Assembly: GCA_963663965.2 (NCBI GenBank)
Contig: CAXXFK010000033.1
Span: 160,001 to 224,000 of the forward strand
Direction: 5' to 3'
Source: Sedimentisphaerales bacterium
GTDB lineage: Bacteria; Planctomycetota; Phycisphaerae; Sedimentisphaerales; SM23-30
Length of the DNA: 64,000 bases
The notes under the pieces are model-generated. The model saw nothing but the letters and a program-made list of their open reading frames with translations, made no database searches and was not told the origin of the DNA. Each line of letters opens with the position of its first letter. The first letter of the stretch is position 1. The position numbers and the translations under genes were made by a program. This document shows positions 10,001 through 20,461 of this stretch, one piece after another.

Positions 10001-11509
10001 ATGTTTAAAGCCAGGTTTCTGATTGCGATATTGATCGTGTTATTTACTACATGCTATATTTGGGCAGAAATACCTCACATTACCCAACCGCCGGCTGATC
10101 AGAGTAGTGATGGCTTTTATAGCAAATATCTCGATTGTAATGGAATATCGGTTAAAAGCTCTGATAAGGTGGCGGATCAGGCGCTCTACCGGGTAAATGA
10201 ATTATTGAATCAGGTTTTAGGAACCCGTCCGGATTTACATAAAGCGCTGGCCGAAGCGGGTGTGAGTTACGTAATTATCGGGTCAGAGGAAGAGGTTACC
10301 GATATCCCCGAATACAGCCGGATGGAGCCCAAAGAATTCTGGAATGAACGAGCGCGTGGTTTTGGTGGGCGCACCACCAGTTGCGGGGAAGAAAATCTCC
10401 TGAATTATCCCATTGATCGTTATTCGGATGAGAGCATCTTTATTCACGAATTGGCACATGCGATTCATGGATATGGTTTGAAAAAGGTAGATCCAGGATT
10501 CGATAAACGGCTCAAGGACCTTTACGATTCGGCAATGGCTAAAGGGCTCTGGAAAAATGATTACGCTTCGACTAATCACAGCGAATACTGGGCAGAGGCG
10601 GTTCAATCTTTTTTTAATTGTAATCGGGAAAATAATTGGAACCACAATGACATTAATACCCGGGACGAATTGGAAGCTTATGATCCACCCATTGCTGATC
10701 TTGTTCGGGAAGTATTTCGGATTACTCCTCAGACGGACTGGCAGTATAAGCCGCTAGTGAAACAGCCGACAGTAAACCCGGTGCCGGAGGGACTGACCGA
10801 TGAAGCGTTGTTAACCCGGTATGTCTGGTGCCGTGGATTGCCGATTTTGGGTTCTGATCAGGTTAAAGAGGAGGCGTTTCTGGCGGCTTACGATCTGATT
10901 TATAACATGTTTCGTTACCGGCATGATATCTTGAAGGCCATGATCGATGGTGGCCTGCAGGTGGTAATAACAACGCTGAGCGATTCGGCTGAATTGAATA
11001 AAACGTTGCAATTACGCAGCATGGCCCAATGGAAAATGAAAATCAAGCTAAAAGCCGGTGAAGTCCTACCCAGGTTGTATGTAACGGTTCCCCAGGATAG
11101 TTTATTGGTGAATAGCAAATGGCGTTCGTTATTAATGGATCGTATGGCTTTAGCGGCCTACTATTATACTGGATTACGTCCTGAAGATCCGGATTGGAAT
11201 ACCAGGAAGCATTGGCAACAATATGAAATTGGACTGGAACGGATGGATGTCCGGTTTGATCAACGGGTGGCAAATTTGTTCCAAATTGCCAGAGAGAAGC
11301 AACTATATGGGGTAATGCCTGATCATACGGATCGATTTGAATATTGGGCTGCCGGGGTATGCGCCTTTTTTGATAGCGGTACAGCGCTTGTGGGAAAAAA
11401 AGCAGTCAATAATCGTCAGGATCTCCTACGGCTCGATCCAGAGTTAGCCGATCTGGTGGGTGAGGTATTTAAACATCCTCAAAGGGTGGACTGGCGTTTG
11501 TTGAAATAA
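10001..11509 (+). CDS. Secreted zincin-like metallopeptidase with a second, degenerate domain
   Basis: Signal peptide; HELAH plus downstream YASTNHSEYWAE; the C-terminal half repeats the pattern (EYWAAGVCAFF...LDPELADLV). Confidence 0.7.
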   Translation: MFKARFLIAILIVLFTTCYIWAEIPHITQPPADQSSDGFYSKYLDCNGISVKSSDKVADQALYRVNELLNQVLGTRPDLHKALAEAGVSYVIIGSEEEVTDIPEYSRMEPKEFWNERARGFGGRTTSCGEENLLNYPIDRYSDESIFIHELAHAIHGYGLKKVDPGFDKRLKDLYDSAMAKGLWKNDYASTNHSEYWAEAVQSFFNCNRENNWNHNDINTRDELEAYDPPIADLVREVFRITPQTDWQYKPLVKQPTVNPVPEGLTDEALLTRYVWCRGLPILGSDQVKEEAFLAAYDLIYNMFRYRHDILKAMIDGGLQVVITTLSDSAELNKTLQLRSMAQWKMKIKLKAGEVLPRLYVTVPQDSLLVNSKWRSLLMDRMALAAYYYTGLRPEDPDWNTRKHWQQYEIGLERMDVRFDQRVANLFQIAREKQLYGVMPDHTDRFEYWAAGVCAFFDSGTALVGKKAVNNRQDLLRLDPELADLVGEVFKHPQRVDWRLLK

Positions 11510-11617
11510 ACACATCGGGTTACGCGTATATATTTATATATTTGAATGACTCTTATCGGCTACGGTAAGGAGGTCTAACGTTATTTTCCTCTGTACCTGA
11601 TATCCCGGAGAATCTCT

Positions 11618-14600
11618 ATGGCTAAAATGAGTTTATTTCTGGCGGTCTGTGTTCTTTGCCTGTCATCTTGTGTCTGGGCGTTTAATGGCCATCGTGTAAC
11701 GGAAGGGCCGTTGACGGTGACGATTGAACCGGTGGCCATGATGACCGAATACAATCAAGTTCAGCCGGTACTGGTGACATGTGCCAATCGTGGGGATCAG
11801 GCGCTCAATATTACCTTAAAACTGGGCGGACTGGTTGATCAATGGAAAGCATTCGATCAGACGGTTCAATCGATAACTGTTCCTGCGGGGCAATCAAGTC
11901 AGGCTACTTTCCAGATTGTCGCAGGTGAAGGGGTTTATTCCGCCTTATATCCGGTTCATATTGATGCCGGCTTTTCGTACGGGGGTACTCCTGCCAGCAT
12001 TCACGCGGTTCAGATTGTCGAAACCCGGTTTCCAACGGCTAATCAACAGTTTGGCGCCGAGTTGTCGCCGATTACCGTACTTCCTCAAGAAGGCGCGGAA
12101 CCGCTCTGTTCGTTGAAAAATCAGCAGGTGAGCTGGCACTTTTTCGATAAACCGACCGTCACCATGCCCTTGGGGTGGCGCGGTTCGGCGCCGGATTCAC
12201 GGGCGAGTTTCAGCATCCATCCGATCAGCCGGGGCGCGACAAAGCAGTCATTGGATATGCATCCTGCCTGGTATGGCGGGGCGGGTACGATATTCGCCGG
12301 TTATCGCCTTAAGTTACCTGCTACCAAGCCCATCCAGTTGGTATTTGCCAATGCCATACGAGATAACGGCGCGACGGAACCGGCCAGTGATGGGGTGACG
12401 TTTCGGGTCTGGGTGGATGATGAAAAGATTTTTGAACGTCATACCGACAGCAAGGTCTGGCTTGATGGTCAGGTTGATCTGAACCGGTTTGCCGGCCGAG
12501 AAATCACGTTGCGACTGGAAAATCATCCCGGTCCCAAACGCGATACGACCTGTGATTCTTCCTTTTGGGGGGAGCCAACGATATTGGTCGGTCGTTTACC
12601 CGAACGGCTCAGTCCGGCGGATCGAGATCAGATGAAGCAGCAGGCTCGTCAACTGCTAAAATCCACGCGGCCGCAAGCGCAAAAAAGCACATTTATTCCA
12701 CTCGAAAACGGTAATTCTGTGGCAGTGATTCCCGGTCCCAACGGTCTGATGGATGCTCAAATCGCCCTGGGAAATGCCGGGCGTAATGTGGTATTCGATG
12801 GGATACGAATTTCGATTCTGGGGGATACGGTGGGGCAGGATCGATCGCCGATTCTGGTTCGTTCGGTGACCAGCAAACAGCAGGGGCGGCGTTATCAGTG
12901 GGTTCATCACCTGTTGAGCCAGGATCGTCAGCTTGAACTGACTTTGACGTTATGGCCGGAAAAAAGCGGTTTGCGGATCGCGGTTGAATGTCCGGAACGG
13001 ATCACTGATTTCGCCCTGGGACCGGCGGATCGGACCGCGAATCGGGTTTATTATGGGCATGGGTATTGCATGGAGAATCCCGGCGCGTTTCGAGCCGGTT
13101 ATGGCGGGCATAATCTATCCACCAGTCATGTTGGCTTCGATTTTGATGGTGGGGTATCCCTGCTGGCGGCCGTGGATAATCCGCCGGATTATCTGGAAGT
13201 AACGCCGGCCGAAAAGATCTACACCCTGCATACCCACATGAACGCGACGATGACTCTGGTGCCGGGGACTGATGGGATATTTGATTGCGCCATTCGATAT
13301 CGTCCGTTATACGACAAAAAGCCTTCACCGGGTTACACGCGTAAGGCCGGGCGATTTGTATTTGATATCTGGGGCGGGCGTTATGATGACAACGCCCGGA
13401 TTATGCAGCAGATGGTTGATTATGGCCTGACTGATTCTTTGTTAACGCTGCATGTCTGGCAGCGCTGGGGTTATGATTACCGGCTGCCGGATATTTTTCC
13501 ACCCAATCCTCAGTTGGGGACCGTAGACGATATGCGTCAGGTGGCCAGGGTGTGCGAACCGCATGATATCCCCTGGGGGTTGCATGACAACTACATTGAT
13601 TTCTATCCGGACGCCGAGGATTATACCTACAAGGCGATCTGTTTTACCGATTCGGGGCAACCGATTAAGGCCTGGCTGAATGAAGGGCGCGACGCGCAGA
13701 GCTATCGCTGGCGACCGGACTGTATTATGCCGTTTGTTCAACGGAACCTCAAGCCTATCAAAGATGAACTGGGGCCGACTCATTATTTTATCGATGTCTT
13801 TACCTCTATCGATTGCTTCGATTTCTACGATGACCAGGGCCGGTTCCATCCCATGCTGGAAACCCGCCAATACTGGGGTGAGGCATTCCGCTGGATTCAG
13901 GATACGCTGGGTAACAATGCCGTTACCACCTCGGAGGCCGGCGATGATCTGCTGGTGGGTTATCTGGATGGTGCGGATTGTCAGTTTTTGCAGTTGACGA
14001 AAGAGCCCAGGGAATTCTGTTTAACGGTCAAGTGCGATGACTGGGAACGGACGCCCTGGTTCGATGCCGTATTGCATGACCGGTTCAGCTTGCATGGGGT
14101 TGGCTATTCCGGGCGGTATGAGGGCGGGCGGTCGCGCGTGGATCATGGGATTGAAAGTGATGATTATATCAGTGCCGAATTGCTGACCGGCCATGCCCTG
14201 ATGATGGACCGGGGCGGATTCGGGCGGGGAGCAGTGCGTAAGTATTGGCTGGCACAGGACTTTGTTCGTTCGATCGCTCAAACCACCATCCAACAGGTTG
14301 AGTATGTCGATAACGATATCCATCGCCAGATTATTCGCTGGGCGCCTGACGCAGTGGTGTATGTCAATCGTGGCGATACCGATTGGAACGTGGCCGGCAA
14401 GGTGTTGCCGCCGTTTGGTTATTATGCCCGCAATGGCGCGATTGAATCGAGTATTGAACGTCTCGAGGATATTATCGTTGAGCGTTCGAGCGGTCCGGAT
14501 GGGTTTTATGTCAATGGCCGGGGGGAGGGAGTTGACAATCGTTTACAGGTTCAACCGGTAGCGTCCGGCGTTGACTATCGCGGGAACCGGCTGTTTGATT

Positions 14601-15274
14601 TGACGGTTGACTGGGAGATTAACCGGCCGATCCAGAAGGATCTTTCGATATTCCTGCACTTCCTTGACAGTCAATCCAGTCGGTCGGATAAAATCGTATT
14701 CCAGGGCGATATGAGGCCTGCCGTTGGGATCAGTCAATGGTCAATCGGGAAGGTTTCGACCGGGGGGGATCGGTCGATTCGTATTCCGGATACGCTGGGG
14801 CCGGGTGAATATGATATCGTGATTGGACTTTGGGATCCGGCCAATGGCCGACGCTATCCGATGCAGGGAGATGATATTGACAGCCAGCGGTACCTGTTGG
14901 GCAAGCTGGTGGTAGAGGGGGAGGGGCAGACAATCAGCAATGTCCGATTGGTTAAACATGCCCCCAGACCGCAAACGCCGAGTCGCTGGAATGTGGCTGG
15001 GCAGGCCATTGATTTCGGCGCTATTCAGACGGCCGGTTCGATGCGATGTCAAAGGCGCGGCGATGGGTTCATTTTGATGCCGTTGCCGGGCAGTGAGCCA
15101 TTTAGCGTTACTTTGGCTTTGAATAAGCTAAGCAGGAATGACGTCCGGAAGGACTGGACTTTGTCTGCGGTTGACCGTGCGGGTAAGGTGATTCGTCCGG
15201 TTGACTATCAAATGGTGGCTGGGAAGCTGACTTTTACGACGGTTAAGGATGAGTTTGGTTATCAGTTGCGATAG
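11618..15274 (+). CDS. Large secreted putative glycoside hydrolase (GH101/GH129/DUF5696-like barrel) with accessory beta-sandwich domains
   Basis: Signal peptide; WQRWGYDYRLPD, LHDNYIDFYPD, YFIDVF and TSEAGDD resemble GH101/129-type catalytic segments; SDGVTFRV carbohydrate-binding-like module. Confidence 0.6.
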   Translation: MAKMSLFLAVCVLCLSSCVWAFNGHRVTEGPLTVTIEPVAMMTEYNQVQPVLVTCANRGDQALNITLKLGGLVDQWKAFDQTVQSITVPAGQSSQATFQIVAGEGVYSALYPVHIDAGFSYGGTPASIHAVQIVETRFPTANQQFGAELSPITVLPQEGAEPLCSLKNQQVSWHFFDKPTVTMPLGWRGSAPDSRASFSIHPISRGATKQSLDMHPAWYGGAGTIFAGYRLKLPATKPIQLVFANAIRDNGATEPASDGVTFRVWVDDEKIFERHTDSKVWLDGQVDLNRFAGREITLRLENHPGPKRDTTCDSSFWGEPTILVGRLPERLSPADRDQMKQQARQLLKSTRPQAQKSTFIPLENGNSVAVIPGPNGLMDAQIALGNAGRNVVFDGIRISILGDTVGQDRSPILVRSVTSKQQGRRYQWVHHLLSQDRQLELTLTLWPEKSGLRIAVECPERITDFALGPADRTANRVYYGHGYCMENPGAFRAGYGGHNLSTSHVGFDFDGGVSLLAAVDNPPDYLEVTPAEKIYTLHTHMNATMTLVPGTDGIFDCAIRYRPLYDKKPSPGYTRKAGRFVFDIWGGRYDDNARIMQQMVDYGLTDSLLTLHVWQRWGYDYRLPDIFPPNPQLGTVDDMRQVARVCEPHDIPWGLHDNYIDFYPDAEDYTYKAICFTDSGQPIKAWLNEGRDAQSYRWRPDCIMPFVQRNLKPIKDELGPTHYFIDVFTSIDCFDFYDDQGRFHPMLETRQYWGEAFRWIQDTLGNNAVTTSEAGDDLLVGYLDGADCQFLQLTKEPREFCLTVKCDDWERTPWFDAVLHDRFSLHGVGYSGRYEGGRSRVDHGIESDDYISAELLTGHALMMDRGGFGRGAVRKYWLAQDFVRSIAQTTIQQVEYVDNDIHRQIIRWAPDAVVYVNRGDTDWNVAGKVLPPFGYYARNGAIESSIERLEDIIVERSSGPDGFYVNGRGEGVDNRLQVQPVASGVDYRGNRLFDLTVDWEINRPIQKDLSIFLHFLDSQSSRSDKIVFQGDMRPAVGISQWSIGKVSTGGDRSIRIPDTLGPGEYDIVIGLWDPANGRRYPMQGDDIDSQRYLLGKLVVEGEGQTISNVRLVKHAPRPQTPSRWNVAGQAIDFGAIQTAGSMRCQRRGDGFILMPLPGSEPFSVTLALNKLSRNDVRKDWTLSAVDRAGKVIRPVDYQMVAGKLTFTTVKDEFGYQLR

Positions 15275-15583
15275 GGGGATGGACAGGCCAGTTGTGGTGG
15301 CCGCCAGTTGATGACTGGCGGTGGAGGGGATTGTTGCATTTTGTTATTATGAACATGTTGTAAGTGTCTTATAATAAAAGCGATACGGGAGTTTTTGCGT
15401 TCATTGGCTTCGTTTCGCTTGGGATGCTGTTGGCTTATTCGGGGCCGGATGGGCTTTCTTTTCAGGAGGAGCGTATGTGGTTTTTAAAGAGCTTGGCGGT
15501 AGTTGCCTGGTAGCGATTTTCTGTTCGCCTTATTTATTTCTAAGTATATTATATAGCTTAAGTTAAGGCTTATTTGTTAACCA

Positions 15584-15636
15584 TTGGGTTCGTTTGGCAG
15601 TTCTGTTTTTCTGGGTGCTGGTTATCACTTGGTTTT
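15584..15636. repeat. Direct repeat copy 1 (partner 19319..19371)
   Basis: 50/53 identical to 19319..19371; weaker similarity continues for about 150 bp. Confidence 0.85.
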
Positions 15637-15903
15637 ACTGTAAACTAAAAAATTCACCGAGACGGATGGCATTGCCAATCCCTTTTGCGCGCGGATCCAA
15701 AACTGTTTGTTGCACAAGAGGGACAGACCGAATCAATAGGATAATTATTTTATGATTTTATTATAGACGGTGTTGCTGGTTAAGTCAATAAAATAAAATA
15801 TTAATTAATCTAAAAACATTGGGCGCCATGTTTCTTTTACTGTCCAATCATGACAGCCCTTTTTTTCGGCTTACTGAGAGAATTCTTATGCTCGATAATT
15901 AGA

Positions 15904-15969
15904 TTGACACAATAATTAAATTTCTGTATAAAAATTTACGATATACGTTTTGTAGGCGTAATACGTAAA
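15904..15969 (+). promoter_or_regulatory. abiE promoter with imperfect inverted-repeat operator
   Basis: TTGACA(15904)-17-TATAAA(15927); inverted repeat TTTACGATATACG (15935-47) / CGTAATACGTAAA (15957-69). Confidence 0.65.
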
Positions 15970-15979
15970 GAATAATACA

Positions 15980-16759
15980 ATGATAAGATTTGGACCAAAA
16001 GAATCCGAGGTAATGGCTCGCCTGTCCTATGAGAAAGCCACGGTTGTCACTAATAAACAGCTTGAAACGCTTTTTGGTGAGTCTGTCCTGGTCCGCCAGG
16101 TGATTTATCAGCTCAGAAAAAAGGGTATCCTCAAGCCCATTACGAAAGGCGTTTATTACTATTCTCCCTTAGAGGCGGGACCTGCTGGAATCCGTATCAA
16201 CGAATTTCTCATCCCCCCGGTTCTGTTCCCACATGGGAATTACTATGTGGGATACTCGAATATGTATCATTTCTACGGGTTCACCGACCAGATCTACCAA
16301 ACGATGTATGTTTTAAATACCTCCCTGCAACGCCAGCGTCAGATAGGTGGAATCCCATTCAAACTGCTGAAGATCCCCCCCGGTCGAATGTACGGATTGG
16401 AGCGGGTCAGAATAAAAGGTACCGAGGTCATCGTCAGCGACAAAGAACGAACACTGGTCGATCTTGTCTATTTTTCGAAACCGGTGGGCGGCCTTAAACC
16501 GGCATTCAGCCTGGTCAAGGAGCAGGTCACGGCCCAAACGATTGACATCGAGACATTCATTCAATATACGATGTCTTTTCCGGTTAAAGCTGTCCAGAAA
16601 AGAATCGGATTTATTCTGGATAGTTGCCGGACAGACGATAAGTTTCTCAAGCCGCTGCAAAAGAAAATACAGGATACCTCCTTGATTACGCTCTACGGTT
16701 CTAAGTCGCGTAAAGGAACCATTGACAATAAATGGAAAGTGATTATTGATGCTTCATGA
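15980..16759 (+). CDS. Type IV toxin-antitoxin antitoxin, AbiEi family
   Basis: N-terminal wHTH (LRKKGILKPITKGVY); YYVGYSNMYHFYGFTDQ; SDKERTLVD; overlaps the toxin gene. Confidence 0.85.
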   Translation: MIRFGPKESEVMARLSYEKATVVTNKQLETLFGESVLVRQVIYQLRKKGILKPITKGVYYYSPLEAGPAGIRINEFLIPPVLFPHGNYYVGYSNMYHFYGFTDQIYQTMYVLNTSLQRQRQIGGIPFKLLKIPPGRMYGLERVRIKGTEVIVSDKERTLVDLVYFSKPVGGLKPAFSLVKEQVTAQTIDIETFIQYTMSFPVKAVQKRIGFILDSCRTDDKFLKPLQKKIQDTSLITLYGSKSRKGTIDNKWKVIIDAS

Positions 16760-17714
16760 CAACAAAGAAGAATGGATAAGGGTATTGGAAACAACTTCAG
16801 CCCAGACGGGATTTCCATTGCTGCTTTTGGAAAAGGATTATTATTTGACTTTACTTCTGTCCAAAATCAATACCATCAGCGACGATTTAATCTTCAAAGG
16901 TGGAACGTGCTTGAATAAGGTTTACTATTCTTATTCCCGCCTCAGCGAAGATCTTGATTTTACCTTACGCCTGCCCTCAGACCAGCCCACTCGAGCAATA
17001 AGAAGGCAAGCAATCCAACCGGTGAAAGATAATATATTATCCTATGTCCAGAGATTTGGAATGACTATTGAGAGTCTGGACCATATCGGGTTCAATCAAT
17101 CGACCCAGTATATCATTTTCATCGATTACGATTCTGTCGTCATTGAAAAGCCGCAATCTGTTAAGCTTGAAATCGGACTCCGGTTCAATCCAATCCTGCC
17201 AACCCAGAAAAAGGCCATCGCGCACCGATTCCTTCACCCATTTACACGGCAACCTTTCTTTGATGGAGGGTCTGTGTTCTGCCTGGACTTGACAGAAATT
17301 GTTGCCGAAAAAATGAGAGCCGGCGCGACGCGCCTGAATATCGCTCCCAGAGATTTCTATGATTTGGGGTCTATTATCCAATCGGGATTCGATTTTAGCA
17401 ATCCCAACGTATGGGAAATATTTCAAACCAAGCTTGCTGAAGATGGTTTCGATACAGACTTGTCCAAATACCGCATTAACCTAGGACGTTCGCAGACTGA
17501 AATATCAGATATGGTATCCAGAATAGAAGCAGAACTGCTGGCGGTTTTGACACCACAGGAACAAAGGTCTTTCGATTTGGATCAAACACTTCTCAAGATC
17601 AATAAAATTATTGTAACAATTCACACTTTTTTTAAAAATAACAAGAAAAAAGATTGCGCCCTGCACAACCATCTGTTATACCATAAGTTATGGATGACAA
17701 AGATATTGTTATAG
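16749..17714 (+). CDS. AbiEii/AbiGii nucleotidyltransferase toxin with its C-terminus altered by the IS66 insertion
   Basis: EKDY, FKGGTCLNK, RLSEDLDF, AEKMRA, PRDFYD. The last 33 residues are encoded by the IS. Confidence 0.88.
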   Translation: MLHDNKEEWIRVLETTSAQTGFPLLLLEKDYYLTLLLSKINTISDDLIFKGGTCLNKVYYSYSRLSEDLDFTLRLPSDQPTRAIRRQAIQPVKDNILSYVQRFGMTIESLDHIGFNQSTQYIIFIDYDSVVIEKPQSVKLEIGLRFNPILPTQKKAIAHRFLHPFTRQPFFDGGSVFCLDLTEIVAEKMRAGATRLNIAPRDFYDLGSIIQSGFDFSNPNVWEIFQTKLAEDGFDTDLSKYRINLGRSQTEISDMVSRIEAELLAVLTPQEQRSFDLDQTLLKINKIIVTIHTFFKNNKKKDCALHNHLLYHKLWMTKILL

Positions 17715-19077
17715 CGCAGCTGCTCCAAGAGGTCGCTTCCTTACGCGAAGAAGTAAGGCAGCTCAAAGAAGAAATTGCTCGGCTCAAGAAAGATTCGAGC
17801 AATTCGTCCAAGCCGCCCTCAAGTGATATTGTCAAACCCAAGAGGCCTTCCGCTAAGGCTAGTCGCAAAAAACGCAACCGGGGTGGCCAGCATGGGCATA
17901 AAAAGTTTTCGCGTCAACCGTTTGAAGAAGTTGACCACACATTTGAATACGAGTTGGCAGACAAAGACGCCGTGGGCCTTAAGCCTCTGGATGCCTGGTT
18001 TGTCATTCAACAAATCGGATTGCCGGAGAAAATGTACCAGGTGATTGAGCATCGAGCCAGAAAGTACCGAAACCCTGTGACAGGAAAGGTCCAGATCACC
18101 CCCTTGCCGAACGAGATTCGTAAAGGGGGATTGCTGGGTGCGGACCTGACGGCGTTGGTGTCCTATTTGAAAGGCGCCTGCCATATGTCGTATAGCACCA
18201 TTCAGGGTTTTTTCCAGCAGGTGATGAAGCTGGAGGTTTCTCGCGGCATGCTTGGCAAGGCGGTTCAGAAGGGATCGAGCGCCTTGGGCCGATCGTATGA
18301 TGAACTGGCCGACCGATTGCCGAACGAACCGCAGGTCAATATCGATGAGACAGGCCATCATGACAATGGCAAGCTGCACTGGACCTGGTGTTTTGATACC
18401 GGCGCCTACAGTTTGTTTAAGATTGATCCGTCGCGCGGCAGCGGCGTGCTGGAAACCATGCTTGGTAAAACCTTTGCCGGGATCATTGGGGCCGATTACT
18501 GGGGCGCCTATCGCAAGTATGCCCGGTTGTTTGGTGTTCGTGTTCAGTATTGCATGGCTCACTTGATTCGAGACGTTCGTTTTCTGGCCGAGCATCGCGT
18601 GCCCGCACTGTCTCGCTGGGGAACAAAATTGCTGGCATGGCTCAAAAAACTGTTTGACACCCTGCATCGGCGGGACGCCTTGACGCCACCGGGCTGGTTG
18701 CGTTCGATGGCGCGCCTCAAAACCGGCTTTTTGAAGCAAATGCGAAGGCCGCCGAATCACAAACTGGCCCAGAAACTGGCCAAACGATTTAAGGGCAATG
18801 CCGCAACCGATTACTTCCGATTTTTGACGGAGCCGGCTATCGAACCCACCAATAATGGCACGGAGCGCCAAATTCGCACCGTGGTGATTGACCGACGGAT
18901 CACGCAAGGAACGCGCGGCCAGGCAGGTATGCGCTGGTGCGAACGCATCTGGACAACGGTAGCGACCTGTAAAAAACAGCATTAGAATGCCCTTGATTTT
19001 ATCCATAAATCAATTATTGCTCATTGGAGCAACATAAAATATCCATCGTTAATCTGTCAGAATGTGTGAACGGTTAC
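17613..19077 (+). mobile_element. IS66-family element, single-ORF (ISBst12-like), 1465 bp
   Basis: Left end GTAACAATTCACAC; right end GTGTGAACGGTTAC (reverse complement GTAACCGTTCACAC); 8-bp TSD AAATTATT at 17605-12 and 19078-85. Confidence 0.93.
17690..19069 (+). pseudogene. IS66 TnpC transposase with an in-frame TAG at 18983-18985
   Basis: Coiled coil then SSNSSKPPSSD, GGQHGH, IDETG, QYCMAHLIRD, EPTNNGTERQIR. The frame continues for 27 IS66-like codons after the TAG, to TGA at 19067-69. Confidence 0.8.
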
Positions 19078-19318
19078 AAATTATTGAACAAGCAATATAA
19101 TCTTATTACCAATTACCAATTGAATTGTTGCCGGTCTAAATTGACCTCCCATTCTTCGGTTTCGACATGAACAAGGGGATCGATGTTGTTTGCCTTGCGA
19201 GTTGCCAATTTCATCCACAAATCCAATTCACTGCCTTCATCGATCCTGTTGTGTCTTTTTATGACTAAATTTTGAATAGAAGAAACGTATTCTCGACACT
19301 ACTGCGGCATTTTGTTTG

Positions 19319-19371
19319 TTGGGTTCGTTTGGCAGTTCTGTTTTTCAGGGTGTTGGTTATCACTCGGTTTT
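19319..19371. repeat. Direct repeat copy 2 (partner 15584..15636)
   Basis: TTGGGTTCGTTTGGCAGTTCTGTTTTTC... 50/53 identity to copy 1. Confidence 0.85.
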
Positions 19372-19885
19372 TTTGAAAATAAAAAGCGGTCTCCGATACG
19401 GGTAGCCGCGCTAAGCCACATTACGTGTGGGACCGAACAGTTTGGCACCCAGGGTTTGTGGCAGAGTAGCGGGTTAATTACATACGACTTTGGTATTGTA
19501 GGGCATGTTTGATTAAAAGTCAAATTAATAATATGTTTATTAAAAAGAAAACAAGATTGTTCAAGATCCCAAGTGTAAACCAATATAAATTCTGGCGTCT
19601 TTTCGATCTGATCAGGATATTGCTCGGCAATTAAGGCTGTTTTTTGAGGTGTATCCCGGTCTATAAATAGGTATTGGTTTTCATAGCGTAGCGACTGGTT
19701 ATCCATGGTCTGTGGCATTGTACTGCTATGATAACAGGCAAGAAGGCGAAAAGGGCGAAAAGACGAAAAAATGGCCCGTGGCCTGGTTGCTTGCTGGATT
19801 GGCACGGGAACTTCGGTTTTGAGGATAAGCGTTATAATACTAAGTCAAAATTGGCACTAATAAAACAAGAAATGATACGTGACGC

Positions 19886-20461
19886 ATGAAAAACAAGAAT
19901 GGGAAGGATAGTGATACAAAAAAGGGGAATATTGCCCGAACAGCGGAGTCTGGACTTTCCGATCAAAAGCTCTATACCTGGGCCCAGGCGTATCCGGGGG
20001 TATTGGAAGCGAAGATCATTCCGCCGAAAGAGGTTGAGACGGCGGCCTGGGTTAGGCTGAAGTGCCAGTATGGATGCAGCGGATATGGCTTGTGTCTGGT
20101 GTGTCCCCCGTATACTCCAACGCCGGACGAAATGCGGCGGGTACTGGACTGTTATTCAAGAGGACTTCTGCTGCATTGCGACAAAGATACCGATGTGAAG
20201 GCGCTGGTCGCGAAGCTGGAACGGGAGATTTTTCTGAAGGGGGCCTGGAAGGCCTTTGGACTGGGGGCCGGGCCGTGCTATTTCTGTAAGGACTGCTCCC
20301 TGGCAGACCAGGTGTGCCGTCATCCGGAAGAGGCCCGACCCGCCATGGAGGCTTGCGGGATCGATGTGTTTTCAACGGTCCGGAAATTTGGATTTCCGAT
20401 CGAAGTGGTAAAGAACACTCGGCAGTGTCCCCATTATTATGCCCTGGTGCTGGTGGACTGA
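19886..20461 (+). CDS. DUF2284-like Cys-rich predicted metal-binding protein
   Basis: LKCQYGCSGYGLCLVCPP; GPCYFCKDC; CRHPEEARPAMEACGIDVF. Confidence 0.85.
   Translation: MKNKNGKDSDTKKGNIARTAESGLSDQKLYTWAQAYPGVLEAKIIPPKEVETAAWVRLKCQYGCSGYGLCLVCPPYTPTPDEMRRVLDCYSRGLLLHCDKDTDVKALVAKLEREIFLKGAWKAFGLGAGPCYFCKDCSLADQVCRHPEEARPAMEACGIDVFSTVRKFGFPIEVVKNTRQCPHYYALVLVD

Noticed and set aside
15301..15321. Hairpin CCGCCAGT/ACTGGCGG as a terminator or ZTP riboswitch piece
   Set aside because: No U-tract, and the remaining riboswitch elements are absent.
18983..18985. Amber read-through or genetic-code reassignment
   Set aside because: TAG is the normal stop of other genes here (e.g. ending 2455, 15274, 55893), and no pyl genes are in the window.
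17819..19006. 395-aa antisense ORF (likewise 29688..30815, 31828..32493, 9164..9886)
   Set aside because: Shadow frames opposite well-supported genes, with no recognisable motifs.
19299..19805. 168-aa minus-strand ORF
   Set aside because: Runs through the non-coding repeat and AT-rich DNA and has no recognisable domain.
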